A stretch of DNA of 64,000 nt from Mytilus californianus (Eukaryota). The DNA is taken from positions 50,964,001-51,028,000 of the forward strand of contig NW_026262604.1 in the NCBI RefSeq assembly GCF_021869535.1, in the 5' to 3' direction. Positions 22,709 through 37,005 of this stretch are shown one piece after another (positions within the stretch are counted from its first letter, which is position 1; every line of letters starts with the position of its first letter). A model generated the notes under the pieces. It was not told the DNA's origin. It worked only from the letters and a program-made list of their open reading frames with translations, and did no database searches. The position numbers and the translations under genes were made by a program.

Positions 22709-24077
22709 TTAGCGTTTTCCACCATGTCTGCCATTCCCACCATTCCAACGACCACCGTTTCCACCTCTCCCATAATTCCAACCGTTTCCACCATTTCCAC
22801 CTTTCCAATTACCACCATTTCCACCACTCCCATAATTCCAACCGTTTCCTCCATTCCCCTCCTCCAAGTACCACCATTTCCACCTGTCCCACCATTTCCT
22901 CCATTCCCCCCATTCCAAGTACCACCGTTTCCACCATTTCCAGGTCTAGTGTTTCAAGTAGGTTGAGGTTTTGGTCCTTGAAAATAAAACGCATGACAAT
23001 GTATTTAGGTGATGAGTCCAAAGTAATTGATTTTTCGGAAATTAAAATTGTTATATAATTACAATAAATATGCTAGCTGTATCAAGTATTTATATGAAGC
23101 AACATTCTTACAAAACCTTCTCAAAGACAAAAGGAATTTTTTAATTTACGTTCAGATATAGTGGTGAAGTCCTGAAAAAAATAAACAGCATTTAAAGGAG
23201 TTGTTCCATAAAATCTATTCCGAGTTAACTTTACTGACATTAAGGATACTACTGATAATAGTAGGTCATATCTTGAAATATTTTTAGAAATAAACACAGA
23301 GGGATGACTTCAAACTGAATCTATGACAAAATTGAATTCAGTTTCTTACTTCAATCTTTTAGTAGTAACATATCTTAGTCCCAATCGTGCGAAATTTTTA
23401 TATCTCAATTAGTGCTTTGCGCACGTGCATGTGAAACAATACGAACTATATTATTATCATTATCGTACTGGGAAAGCTTTTGCAACATTCGGAGAGGTTT
23501 CTTCAACACTGATCATTTAGAGTCATAAAGAAAGCTTTCAAAAATTAATAAGATATGAGTACATCTTATCACAAGAAATACCATTTAATCTGAAAAAGCT
23601 ACATTGTGACGATGTCATCATATGTATCGTGCCGTCTTCAAAGTTGATTTCAAACATCGTTATATCTCATCAACACCAAAATATAATCATATTCATTAAC
23701 AGATTTTATCGACAAAAAGTAAAATTGTTTATGTTATATTTTTTGTATTTTAAGCTTTTGATACATCGGAATTCAAAATAGTACGCTTAATTGGCAAATA
23801 AATAAGAATAAGAATAATATAAACTGCATTTAGAATAAAACACATGAAGAAATAAATACTGATGGCTATATATTAATTAAATCGAAATGCCATCTACCAG
23901 ATCTGTTCATGGAATATTTTGAAATAAAAACTCCTCAGTATAATGAAATACATAAGAAATAGGACTTCTGAAATCATGTGAACAACATAAATAATAATTG
24001 ATATGCGTACGCCTATTCCAAGTTCTAGAAACTGATACAACCAGACAGACCGCCGATAAGATGATAGAAAGCTTCAT
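22709..24077 (-). pseudogene. B1 pseudogene of the Kunitz-less Gly/Asn/Trp family
   Basis: Exon 1 24077-24011 MKLSIILSAVCLVVSVSRTWNR|GTACGC; exon 2 22976-22709 PKPQPT*(TGA 22956-22954)NTRPGNGG..., then a 1-nt frameshift, ending GRHGGKR*. TATA at 24117-24123. Confidence 0.88.
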
Positions 24078-24791
24078 TTTCTTCTAAATTTCTACCTTGA
24101 GAGAGGGGTATAGATGTTTTATAGTCTTGATGTGGACATACAAACACGGATATAAGTAAGGCAACGGGATGTGTTTCAATTGATATGAATAGTTTACGTC
24201 AGTCATGTGCAGATGTCCGATACTTGAGCACACAATGATTGTTTTGTAGGTTGTAAAATAAGACGAAATGATCGCTGAATGGGTACAAGTTTTTATTATA
24301 CTTTGTTATGTATGAGGAAAAAGTAAAATAAACAGTAAAGGAAATTCATAATTGTCAAGGATTCGGAGTGACTTATAGCTTTATTATACTTGAAAATCTA
24401 TACAGGAAACAAACTCAATATAACTACCTGGCTTAACATTTTGTACGTCAGACTCGCCTTTAGTAAAATAAAGAGTTGCTTTTTTTTTCACTTTTTCTCA
24501 CAACCATTTCAGATGTCATAATTAAATAAGGCATTATCAAATAAAACAAGTTATAGCAAAATCTTATCGATAACTTTTATTATGTTAACTTTTTTTATTA
24601 TTTTACGGTAGACAATTAGGACAGTAGTGAAAAAAAATTTATGTGGTTAATGCGATATAGGATGGTGTGTTAACGATATATAAATCAGGTATTTATAATG
24701 CTTAAATAAGGAATTGTTTGCCATTTAAATACACATGTTAATAAATAAGTTATTATATAAAAGTCATAAGAAACTTCAAATTTAAAAAAAA

Positions 24792-24845
24792 AGTTCCAGA
24801 AACTGATACAACCAGACAGACCGCTCAGATGATAGAAAGCTTTAT
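24792..24845 (-). pseudogene. Orphan dead signal-peptide exon
   Basis: ATA AAG CTT TCT ATC ATC TGA GCG GTC TGT CTG GTT GTA TCA GTT TCT GGA ACT: ATG>ATA, TTA>TGA, no donor. Confidence 0.8.
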
Positions 24846-26327
24846 TTTCCTCTAAATTTCTAAATTTAAATCTATTTTTTTCAACTGTCCACCGAAGTTC
24901 AAATGAAGTGGATGTAAGCAATTATAGGCAACCGTACGGACTTCAACACTGAGAAAAATCCATACCGTATAGTCATCAGAAATATTTGTAAGGAAGGTCA
25001 TCATCAACATTAACCAATTTATATTGGAAGTACCTATATACACGATATACATAAAGTATTTTTTTCATTTAATACTGTCTTCAATAGCAAACATGGAGCA
25101 ATGAATAGCTTTTTGACTTAATGGATATGTGAAATTGTTGAGAAAAAAAAATGTTTTAAAATGTATTACATAGACTCTTCAACATCTGAATTCGAGTTAG
25201 TTTTAACAACTTTCTAATGTTGTCTATGTGAGTTCAACAAACTTGCATTGGGAAAACTGGTGTTATCTCTCTCGGGGGGAAACTGGTATCACCTCTTTGG
25301 TGAAAATAATTACCCATTAAGTCCCATTTACCAGGCATAAACCGATTCCGACTTTGTCCGCCTTTGCCAGTTGTTACAATAGTAAAGGACCGGAAACTCA
25401 AAAATGGTACATAGTTTTCATATATGTATCATCATTTTGGCAAACAACAAGAGTGTAATATCAAACCCCACTCCCATACGAAGTTAAGAACATCTAGCTT
25501 TTGTTAGCGTTGTGTGGTTCATTTATGTGTTTTGGAGTTTTGTGTGGCGTCCATTTCGCTTAACCAGTATACTTTATTGTTTATGGGCCAGCAGAATCCC
25601 GCCTGCGGGTGGGGGAATTTCTCGCTGCGTTGAAGACCCATTGGTGGCTTTGGGCCGTTTTCTGCTCTTAGTATTATTGTTATATAAAGGAATGTCACTG
25701 TAAATGTTATTTTATACTTGAAGCAAGAAACAAGTGGATGACTTAATTTTTTTCTTTTTTCGTTTTTAAAGCATATTATAAAACCTATCTACTCATATCT
25801 TATTTCAAAATTCTATCTCATAGATTTATTTTTATTCACAAAAAAGTGATGCTCGACTTGTAGCTTGAAAAATAGCACGGTGACCCATACTTTTTATTGT
25901 ATTTAAAAAAAACCTTGATAAATCTACATTTTGGCAATGTATAAGAAACGTCTATTTAAGGAAATATAAAGTGATGATCCACCTTAATTTGGAATATAAA
26001 ATCATCACATCAAATAAGACATTACTGTACTAAAAATTGTAAAAAATAATTCCCACATAAACTGATATATATAAATTGTTGAAGACGATATATTAACCTT
26101 TAAATGTCTTTTTGTTCATTGGTGTAGTCAGGTTTCTGTCTTATTGGTGTATATCCCATATTCCACTTTTCAATAAAACATGTTAGAGCATTAAACAATA
26201 TAAACACATAAGAACAAAGTTTTATCTATATTTTAAATATATATAAGATAGATAAATCATCATGAAAATTAGCATAATTTTGTCACATGTTCATTATTCC
26301 TTAGTCCGGATCTCGGTCATTTATATT

Positions 26328-26605
26328 TTAGCGTTTTCCACCATGTCCGCCATTCCCACCATTCCAATGACCACCGTTTCCTCCTCTCCCTCCATATCGA
26401 CTGTTTCCTCCATTCCCACCATTCCAACGACCACCGTTTCCTCCTCTCCCTCCATATCGACTGTTTCCTCCATTCCCACCATTCCAACGACCACCATTTC
26501 CACCTGTCCCATCATTTCCACCGTTTCCTCCATTCCCACCTTTCCAAGTACCACCATGTCCACCATTACCAGGTCTGGAGTTCCAATCAGGTTTTGGTTT
26601 TGGTC
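26328..26605 (-). CDS. A2 secreted Gly/Asn/Trp/Arg-rich peptide, exon 2
   Basis: (R)PKPKPDWNSRPGNGGHGGTWKGG...RWNGGNGGNSRYGGRGG...GGHGGKR*; 278 nt, intact. Confidence 0.9.
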
Positions 26606-27489
26606 CTTGAAAATAAAATGCATGATAATGTAATTAAGTGATGAGTCAAAAGTAATCGATTCGTAGGAAATTGAAATTGTTAATTAATTACAATATATAT
26701 GCTAGTGATGTGAAGTATTTATATGAAGCAACATTCTTACAAAACCTTCTCAAAGACAAAAGGAATTTTTTAATTTACGTTCAGATATAGTGGTGAAGTC
26801 CTCAAAAAACCCTTGCATTTCAAGGAGTTGCTCTATAAAATTTATTCCGAGTTAACTTTACTGACATTAAGGATACTACTGATAATAGTAGGTTATATCT
26901 TAAAATATTTTTAAAAATAAACACAGAGGGACGACTTCAACCTGAATCTATGACAAAATTCAATTCAGTTACTTATTTCAACTTTCCATCTATAAGTAGT
27001 AACATATCTTAGTCTCAATCGTGAGAAAAAATTTTGATATCTCAATTTGTGCTTTATGTACGTGCATGTTTAAAAATACGAACTATATTATTATCATTAT
27101 GGTACTGTGAAAGCTTTTGCATCATTCCTAGAGGCTTCTACAAAACTGATATGTTATAGCCATAAAAAGAGCTTTTAAAAAGATAATTAATGTGCATAGA
27201 CTTTAGTTTGAAACGCGCAAGGCTACATCAAAAAAGTATTACAAAAACATCGAAATTCAAAGCAAATTCAAAACGGGGAAGTCCATAACAACTACCAAAA
27301 TCAAACGCTATCAATCATCGCAATAAGTCAAAAAGTTAAATTCAAACGTCGTTTTATCTCATCAACACCAAATCTGTACATATAATATTATTAAATATAA
27401 GCTCCTCAATATAATAAAATAGATTTGAGATACGACTTCTAAAATAATGTGAACCTCATTTAAGATACTAATTGATATGATTTACTTAC

Positions 27490-27553
27490 GCCTATACAAA
27501 GTTCCAGAAACTGATACAACTAGACATACGACTAAGATGATAGAAAGCTTCAT
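27490..27553 (-). CDS. A2 exon 1 (signal peptide)
   Basis: MKLSIILVVCLVVSVSGTLYR + C | GTAAGT; TATAAAA at 27591-27597. Confidence 0.9.
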
Positions 27554-28251
27554 TTTCTTCAAATTTCTACCTTGAGAGAGGGGTACGATGTTTTATAGTC
27601 TTGATGAGGACATAAAAACACGGATATTAGTAAGGCAACGGGATGTGTTGTGATTTATATGAATAGTTTATGTCAGTCATGGCAAGATTTCCGATACTTG
27701 AGCACAATGATTGTTTTGTAGGTTGTACATGTTGTACAATAAGAAGAAATGATTGGTAAATGGTTACAAGCTTTTATTATATTTTGCAACGTATAAGGAA
27801 AAAAGTTAAATAAACGGAATAGGAAGTTCATAATTGGCAAGTATTCAGTATGTCTTATAACTTTAATATAATTACAAACCTATACAGAAACAATCTGAAC
27901 ATATATACCAGGCTAACATTTTGTACGTGAGACGCGACTTTAGTAAATTTGACTTAATAAAGATCTCGAGTTACTTTTTTTCACTTTTTCTAACAACCAT
28001 TTCAGACAAGATGTCAAAAAAAATAAGGCACTATCTCAAATAAAAGAAGTTATAAAACAAAATCTTTTCGATAAGTTTTATTATGCTAACTTATTTTATT
28101 GTTTTACGATAGACAATTATGACAATAGTAAAGAAAAAAAAATAAATGAATGAATGCGGTTATTACATGTACGACATAGGATGTTGTTTTAACTATATAT
28201 AAATGTTGTAATTGTAATGTTTAAATAATAGAATTGTTTGCCATTTAAATA

Positions 28252-28581
28252 CTCTGCTGGTGGACTATCAGTCCCCGAGGGCATCATCAGCCTAGTAGTC
28301 AGTCCTTTAGTACTGACATGATTTATAACAAACCTTTCTAAAATTGTTCGTTCATAAATTTTGAAATTATTAGAAACAAAGGTTTGAACTCCCTCAGGCA
28401 AAGTTGACCTTAGATGGATTTGGTTATTGTAGGTCCTTTTTGGTAATATTGCTCTTCAAATGTTTCGGTTCTTATAAATCCTTGGCTTTCAAATATTCGG
28501 CTTTGAGCGTTCTTGATGAGGGTAGATCCAGAAAAGCGCCTCGGACGCATGTGATGTATAAGTGTTGTTTTCATTTTTTAA
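28252..28581 (+). mobile_element. ~330-bp hammerhead-bearing repeat (copy 2)
   Basis: Paralog of 17791-18122; motif at 28507-28548. Confidence 0.6.
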
Positions 28582-29956
28582 TAGATAAGTAACTGTATTA
28601 ATGAATTAATTGGTCATTATAGATTTTTACGTTGAAAATCTTCTCAAAGATAACATAATTTTAATTTTGTTTGCGAGAAGCGCGTTTAAACTGAAATCAG
28701 TGGCGCTTATTCAAATAAGTTAGAAAGCAAAATATGTTTTTTTAATTTTATTAATTTAATCCTCTGAACATTTAAAGGTTCACATTTTGTATTTTGTGTA
28801 CCTTAACTACACACAGTCGGTCAAATATAGTTTCATTCTTGCTTCTAGAAAGTGTTACAAAATTTAAGTAAAATTCAATGTTTAACTAGGTAATAATCGT
28901 AAACGTGTGTGGCAAGGCATAGCGAAAAAGGAATAAATTGTTCACTGAGTGTAAACTATTCTTTGGATTATTAAGATACATAAGGTATGTTTGATTGTCA
29001 TTTCAATTTGATTTTCCTCTTTCTACACTCCATTTCCACAGAACCTCAATTAGAAAAAGTGTTCGTATTTAATTAAAGACTTTTGAAACATCGCTTGTAA
29101 AATGTTTGCTGCAACTTACACAAATATAAAAATATGATTGCCAATGAGACAACTCTCCACAAGAGACCAAATGACACAGAAATTAACAACTATAGGACAA
29201 AGCCTTTTTACGAAAGTAAATATGCTATATGACTATTTACAAATGACACTGTCAGAGAACAAATTTAGTGATTATCTTTATAGACCACCAAAAACGTTTT
29301 TAGAAAAAATATTATTAATTCGTTTAAAGTCTTTAATTAACCGTGAATTCTTGGTTGAGTTTTTGTTTTCATTTTATCCATCTGTCTGCCCGTCGGTCAG
29401 TTGAAAATTTATAAACTATTCGTTCTATTCAGATATACAATGATATCTTCTTTAAATTTAATTTCCACTTTAGGCTTGGTAAACGCTTTAAAATTAGTCA
29501 ATAAAAAATGGGGTCACCGACCTCGAATACGATTTAATACGTCATCTTTTTCATAAAATTTGAAATCGGGACTTGTTGATATCAACAGTGTTATATTTTA
29601 TAAGAAGTCTTGTGAAATGATTTTTATTGATGTGCATTCGTCTGTTATTCCTCATTCCGACAAATACTGAATATGAAAGTTTTTTAACCGATACATTAAA
29701 ATTGTGCACCAGATACCTGAAAATTGGATGTCGAACGTCTATCGTCGCCATTTCACAAGCGTTCTTATTGAAAAAAAACCGGAATTTAAGTTAAAAAAAA
29801 AGCACACTGTGTTTTCGAAGATCGTTTATTTATCTATATAGATGTACATAGATTTTACATGTTTGTGTCGTTGGCTTACTGTAATGTTGGCGTTAATTCG
29901 AAATTTATTATTTTATACGTGTAGAAATGTAGGCGCCATACATATACAATACTTCT

Positions 29957-30155
29957 GTAATTTATTTCTGTCCACACTTTACACACTGGTGCCAATGTGA
30001 TCGTTCACTACAAGTGTATGTAGCATGTTTCTTTCCTCACTTTACAACCTTGTACTATGTGATCGTTCACTACAAGTGTATGTAGCGTGTTTCTGTCCAC
30101 ACTTTACACACAGATACCATTTGATCGTTCACTACAAGTACATGTAGCATGTTTC
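29957..30155. repeat. 62-bp minisatellite, 3 copies
   Basis: Paralog of 19484-19680. Confidence 0.85.
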
Positions 30156-33096
30156 ATTGGTTTTCAAATGGCAAATGCAATAGATTCAAACAAACTTAAT
30201 CTGTCACATGATTATTTAAGTGTTAGTATTTTTCTGTATTTTACTATGAGATTTTTGGTTCGGTATGTAGTATTTTCTTTGACTGTATAAACTATATATA
30301 AATAAGGAGATATGGTTTGATAAAAAAGTATAACAAAAATACTGAACTCTAAGGCAAATTCAAAAAGAGAAAATCTATATCAATCAACGGAACAAATGGA
30401 CAACAACTCTGCCATATTCCTGACTTGGTACAGGCAATTTCCGAAGAAAATGGTGGATTAAACCTGGTTTTATAGCTAGGTAAACCACCCACTTGTATGA
30501 CAGTTGCGTTATATTGGCAAAATGTGGGTTAGCAACTCAGACGACATAGTAGATTAATTTGACAATAATTGGGACCCAGCGGCCAAAACTGTGTAAATAT
30601 ACATCACAAACGTACAACACAACTCACTTAAAAAGACGCCAAAAAAAAAGTTGTAGTAAATAGTAATATTTTTATATATGTGGCAAGACCAAAAGTTTGC
30701 ACTCCAGACGCGCGCCTCGTCTTGATTGCCATTTAGACATCTACGCACCATACATCAAATGAAGTGAATGTAAGCAATTATAGGCAAACTTACAGCCTTC
30801 AACAATGAGAAAAACACATACTGTATAGTCAGACATGAAAGGCCCTACATGAAAAATATAAAACTAGTCAATTAAGAAAACTAACGGCATAATTTGTAAC
30901 AAAACCATTAACGAAAAACAAATATGATAGACATGAGACAATGACAACCACTGAACTACACGCTACTGACTTGGGACTATGTTGATGTTACCCTTAATTC
31001 GTCCTTGCAAATATTTGAAAGTATATCTATGTTGATTTTACCCACAATTCTTCCCATGCATATATTTGATTTTAACCACAACTCTTCCATGCATATATTT
31101 GAAATAATCGACATCTACCCAAGAACGTTATTGAGGTAATAGTTAGGGGTAAACTTTGCGTGCAAAAAAATCCTGAATGACGAAGAACCTCAACACAAAC
31201 ACTGTTCATGTACATATCATATGGGTTTTGGAGCAAATCAATGCAGCTTATCCTTCTTATATACAAAAAAAAAATTAAAAACATTGAAATACAGCCAAAT
31301 GTAAGGACGTGTGGCTAGAAACATAACCATACAAAAACGTTACACAATAACTTGAGTGCATGCAATATGTCGCCGGAAAAGCAAAAGATCTGTTGTATCA
31401 TTACAAAGATTCTTGACTTTAAAAAGTTCATCTACATTTCACTGTAATAAGTGTGAGTAAAGTTCTGAAGGACATCATCAATCTGTATACGTACATAAAG
31501 GTATAAAACATGAGCGTCAGTGAAAAGACATTAATTGTCGAAATGCGCATTATTGCAATGAAATGGGCACTGCTAATGTCATCGTGTACATAAACTTGAT
31601 GTGATAAGCCATGGGCCAGTCAATTTATATTCCCAAACAGATTTGCCAATGTCAGGCGAAGTCAAACTTTTTTAAATATCTAAAGTAGATATTTGCTTTT
31701 TGTCGTGTTCGAACACGCATTTTTATCGTAAAATATCAGATTTAAACATTTGTTGAAGACGTATGGCTAATTTTTATTCAATTCAGTTCGCACTTTAGCC
31801 ATTTTCAAAAGTTTTCCAATTTTAACATGCTTAACTTAAAGTAACAATGCGACAGCTCTGTGTGCAATAGCAGGTTCAAGTAATGATTTGGCGAATTTAT
31901 CAATATTGAGCCAAATTTCATTGGAAGTAAAGCTTTGTTTTAAGAGAGGCGAAAGATACCAAATGAACATTCAAACTCATAAGTCGAAATAGGAAGAAAT
32001 ACAATACTGGATAATGTTGGCCCTTAATTGAAAATTTTACATAAGCATATAAATTGTGCGATATTGTATCAAAATAGTCTTCATTAACAAAGTAGAGCGG
32101 TGAGTAACATTTCGATTGTATGGATAAGTGAAAATAATTCAAACTCAGTTTAATGTGTGTTTTGTAGACTCATTGGCATACAAGTTCCTGAAAGTCTATG
32201 AATAGACCGTGCTATATGAAGGAATTCAGGGTTACATTTTAATTGGCGTTTACTCTTTCGAAGACTTGAATAAATCTTATTACTAAGCATCCGGTTTTAT
32301 CAGCAAGATTTAAAAATACCAAACAGAAAATTGTAAACAGACATATAATCATATATGTTTTGTCGTCAGGTTTCCGTCTCATTGACGTACATACCACATC
32401 TTTTGTTTTGTATATCGACAGAAAAAACCAGTAGACGAAACCAGACTGTAACAAATGAAAAACGACAAATTTGAGATTTCGAAAAAAATTAGCTAAACCT
32501 TAACAAATTAATGTGTCATTTCTTTCAGTTTTAATTGGTTACTTGTAAGTTGATGGCAGATGTTTTATAGTTTCTGTGAATTTTTTGACAATTTGTTTAC
32601 AATACGGGATGATTTACAGTTTGAAGTAGTGTATACATATATATAAATATATGTAAGTCTAAATTGAAAACAACGTTCAAACCTATATATATATATATGC
32701 GTTTTGTTAAAATATACTTTTTTACTTTTTTGGCCTGTCAGAAAATATTGTTTGTGATGTATTTAGACCCCCTGTAACAAGACATTTGCGGTTTTTATCC
32801 AACGCAATCATAGGTTTGAACATTGTTTTCAATTTAGACTTGTATATATGTATTTATATATATATATATATATATTGTTGAAGACGCTATATTAACCTTT
32901 AAATGTCTTTTTGTTCATTGGTGTTGTCAGGTTTCTGTCTTATTGGTATATATCTCTAACTCCAATTTTCAATAAAACATGTTAGAGCGTTAAACAATAA
33001 AAACACATGCGAACAAAGTTTAATCTATATTTTTGTGACAGAAGAATTTTGTCCCATGTTCATATTTCCTTAGTCCGGACCTCGGTAAGTTATATT

Positions 33097-34467
33097 TTAG
33101 CGTGTTCCACCATGTCCGCCATTCCCACCTTTCCAACGACCACCGTTTCCGCCTCTTCCATAATTCCAACCGTTTCCTCCATTTCCACCTTTCCAATTAC
33201 CTAAATTTCAAACTCTCCCATAATTCCAACCGTTTCCCTCATTCCCACCTCTCCAAGTACCACCATGTTCACCATTCCCACCATTTCCTCCATTCCCCCC
33301 ATTCCAATTACTACTGTTTCCACCATTTCCAGGTCTGGTGTTTCAAGCAGGTTGATGTTTTGGTCCTTGAAAATAAAACGCATGATAATGTATTTAGGTG
33401 ATAAGTCCAAAGTAATTGATTCTTCGGAAATTAAAATTGTTATATAATTACAATAAATATGCTAGCTGTATCAAGTATTTATATGAAGCAACATTCTTAC
33501 AAAACCTTCTAAAAGACAAAAGGATTTTTTTTTAATTTACGTTCAGATATAGTGGTGAAGTCCTGAAAAAATAAACAGCATTTCAAGGAGTTGTTCCATA
33601 AAATCTATTCCGAGTTAACTTTACTGACATTAAGGATACTACTGATAATAGTAGGTCATATCTTGAAATATTTTTAGAAATAAACACAGAGGGATGACTT
33701 CAAACTGAATCTATGACAAAATTGAATTCAGTTTCTTACTTCAATCTTTTAGTAGTAACATATCTTAGTACCAATCGTGTGAAATTTTTATATCTCAATT
33801 AGTGCTTTGCGCACGTGCATGTGAAACAATACGAACTATATTATTATCATTATCGTACTGGGAAAGCTTTTGCAACATTCGGAGAGGTTTCTTCCACACT
33901 GATCATTTAGAGTCATAAAGAAAGCTTTCAAAAATTAATAAGACATGAGTACATCTTATCACAGGAAATACCATTTAATCTGAAAAAGCTACATTGTGAC
34001 GATGTCATCATATGTATCGTGCCGTCTTCAAAGTTGATTTCAAACATCGTTGTATCTCATCAACACCGAAATATAATCATATTCATTAACAGATTTTATC
34101 GACATGAAGTAAAATTGTTTATTTTATACTTTTTGTATTTTAAGCTTTTGATACATCGGAATTCAAAATAGTACGCTTAATTGGCAAATAAATAAGAATA
34201 AGAATAATATAAACTGCATTTAGAATAAAACACATGAAGAAATAAATACTGATGGCTATATATTATTTAAATCGAAATGCCATCTACCAGATCTGTTCAT
34301 GGAATACTTTAAAATAAAAACTCCTCAGTATAATGAAATACATAAGAAATAGGACTTCTGAAATCATGTGAACAACATAAATAATAATTGATATACGTAC
34401 GCCTATTCCAATTTCTAGAAACTGATACAACCAGACAGACCGCCGGTAAGATGATAGAAAGCTTCAT
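33097..34467 (-). pseudogene. B2 pseudogene of the Kunitz-less Gly/Asn/Trp family
   Basis: Exon 1 34467-34401 MKLSIILPAVCLVVSVSRNWNR|GTACGT; exon 2 33365-33097 with the same TGA as B1 (33345-33343) plus a second TGA (33210-33208); ends GGHGGTR*. TATA at 34507-34513. Confidence 0.88.
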
Positions 34468-35187
34468 TTTCTTCTAAATTTCTACCTTGAGAGAGGGGTA
34501 TAGATGTTTTATAGTCTTGATGTGGACATACAAACACGAATATAAGTAAGGCAACGGGATGTGTTTCAATTGATATGCATAGTTTACGTCAGTCATGTGC
34601 AGATGTCCGATACTTGAGCACACAATGATTGTTTTGTAGGTTGTAAAATAAGACGAAATGATCGCTGAATGGGTACAAGTTTTTATTATATTTTGTTACG
34701 TATAAGGAAAAAGTAAAATAAACAGTAAAGGAAGTTCATAATTGTCAAGTGTTCGGGGTGACTTATAGCTTTATTATACTTGAAAATCTATACAGGAAAC
34801 AAACTCAACATAACTACCTGGCTTAACATTTTGTACGTCAGACTCGCCTTTAGTAAAATAAAGAATTACTTTTTTTTTCACTTTTTCTCACAACCATGTC
34901 AGACAAGATGTCATAATTAAATAAGGCATAATCAAATAAAACAAGTTATAGCAAAATCTTATCGATAACTTTTATTATGTTAACTTTTTTTAATTATTTT
35001 ACGGTAGACAATTAGGACAGTAGTGAAAAAAAATGTATGTGGTTAATGCGATATAGGATGGTGTGTTAACGATATATAAATCAGGTATTTATAATGCTTA
35101 AATAAAAGAATTGTTTGCCATTTAAATACACATGTTAATAAATAAGTTATTATATAAAAGTCATAAGAAACTTCAAATTTAAAAAAA

Positions 35188-35242
35188 AAGTTCCAGAAAC
35201 TGATACAACCAGACAGACCGCTCAGATGATAGAAAGCTTTAT
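35188..35242 (-). pseudogene. Orphan dead signal-peptide exon (duplicate of 24792-24845)
   Basis: Same ATA start and TGA lesion. Confidence 0.8.
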
Positions 35243-36727
35243 TTTCCTCTAAATTTCTAAATTTAAATCTTTTTTTTTTCAACTGTCCACCGAAGTTCAA
35301 ATGAAGTGGATGTAAGCAATTATAGGCAACCGTACGGACTTCAACACTGAGAAAAATCCATACCGTATAGTCATCAGAAATATTTGTAAGGAAGGTCATC
35401 ATCAACAAAAACCAATTTATATTGGAAGTACCTATATACACGATATACATAAAGTATTTTTTTCATTTAATACTGTCTTCAATAGCAAACATGGAGCAAA
35501 GAATAGCTTTTTGACTTAATGGATATGTGAAATTGTTGAGAAAAAAAAATGTTTTAAAATGTATTACATAGACTCTTCAACATCTGAATTCGAGTTAGTT
35601 TTAACAACTTTCTAATGTTGTCTATGTGAGTTCAACAAACTTTCATGGGGAAAACTGGTGTTATCTCTCTCGGGGGGAAACTGGTATCACCTCTTTGGTG
35701 AAAATAATTACCCATTTAGTCCCATTTACCAGGCATAAACCGATTCCGACTTTGTCAGCCTTTGCCAGTTGTTACAATAGTAAAGGACCGGAAACTCAAA
35801 AATGGTACATAGTTTTCATATATGTATCATCATTTTGGCAAACAACAAGAGTGTAATATCAAACCCCACTCCCATACGAAGTTAGGAACACCTAGCTTTT
35901 GTTAGCGTTGTGTGGTTCATTTATGTGTTTTGGAGTTTTGTGTGGCGTCCATTTCGCTTAACCAGTATACTTTATTGTTTATGGGCCAGCAGAATCCCGC
36001 CTGCGGGTGGGGGAATTTCTCGCTGCGTTGAAGACCCATTGGTGGCTTTGAGCCGTTTTCTGCTCTTAGTATTATTTTTATATAAAGGAATGTCACTGTA
36101 ACTGTTATTTTATACTTGAAGCAAGAAACAAGTCGGGTGACTTAATTTTTTTCTTTTTTCGTTTTTAAAGCATATTATAAAACCTATCTACTCATATCTT
36201 ATTTCAAAATTATATCTCATAGATTTATTTTTATTCACAAAAAAGTGATGCTCGACTTGTAGCTTGAAAAATAGCACGGTGACCCATACTTTTTATTGTA
36301 TTAAAAAAAAAACCCTTGATAAATCTACATTTTGGCAATGTATAAGAAACGTCTATTTAAGGAAATATAAAGTGATGATCCACCTTAATTTGGAATATAA
36401 AATCATCACATCAAATAAGACATTACTGTACTAAAAATTGTAAAAAATAATTCCCACATAAACTGATATATATAAATTGTTGAAGACGATATATTAACCT
36501 TTAAATGTCTTTTGTTCATTGGTGTAGTCAGATTTCTGTCTTATTGGTGTATATCCAATATTCCACTTTTCAATAAAACATGTTAGAGCATTAAACAATA
36601 TAAACACATAAGAACAAAGTTTTATCTATATTTTAAATATATATAAGATAGATAAATCATCATGAAAATTAGCATAATTTTGTCACATGTTCATTTTTCC
36701 TTAGTCCGGATCTCGGTCATTTATATT

Positions 36728-37005
36728 TTAGCGTTTTCCACCATGTCCGCCATTCCCACCATTCCAATGACCACCGTTTCCTCCTCTCCCTCCATATCGA
36801 CTGTTTCCTCCATTCCCACCATTCCAACGACCACCGTTTCCTCCTCTCCCTCCATATCGACTATTTCCTCCATTCCCACCATTCCATGTACCACCATTTC
36901 CACCTCTCCCATCATTTCCACCATTTCCTCCATTCCCACCTTTCCAAGTACCACCATGTCCACCATTACCAGGTCTGGAGTTCCAATCAGGTTTTGGTTT
37001 TGGTC
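36728..37005 (-). CDS. A3 secreted Gly/Asn/Trp/Arg-rich peptide, exon 2
   Basis: (R)PKPKPDWNSRPGNGGHGGTWKGGNGGNGGNDGRGG...GGHGGKR*; 278 nt, intact. Confidence 0.9.

Noticed and set aside
22954-22956. Selenocysteine or readthrough at the B-gene TGA aligned with a Cys codon
   Set aside because: B1 also has a frameshift and B2 a second TGA; no SECIS seen. A nonsense mutation from TGG is simpler.
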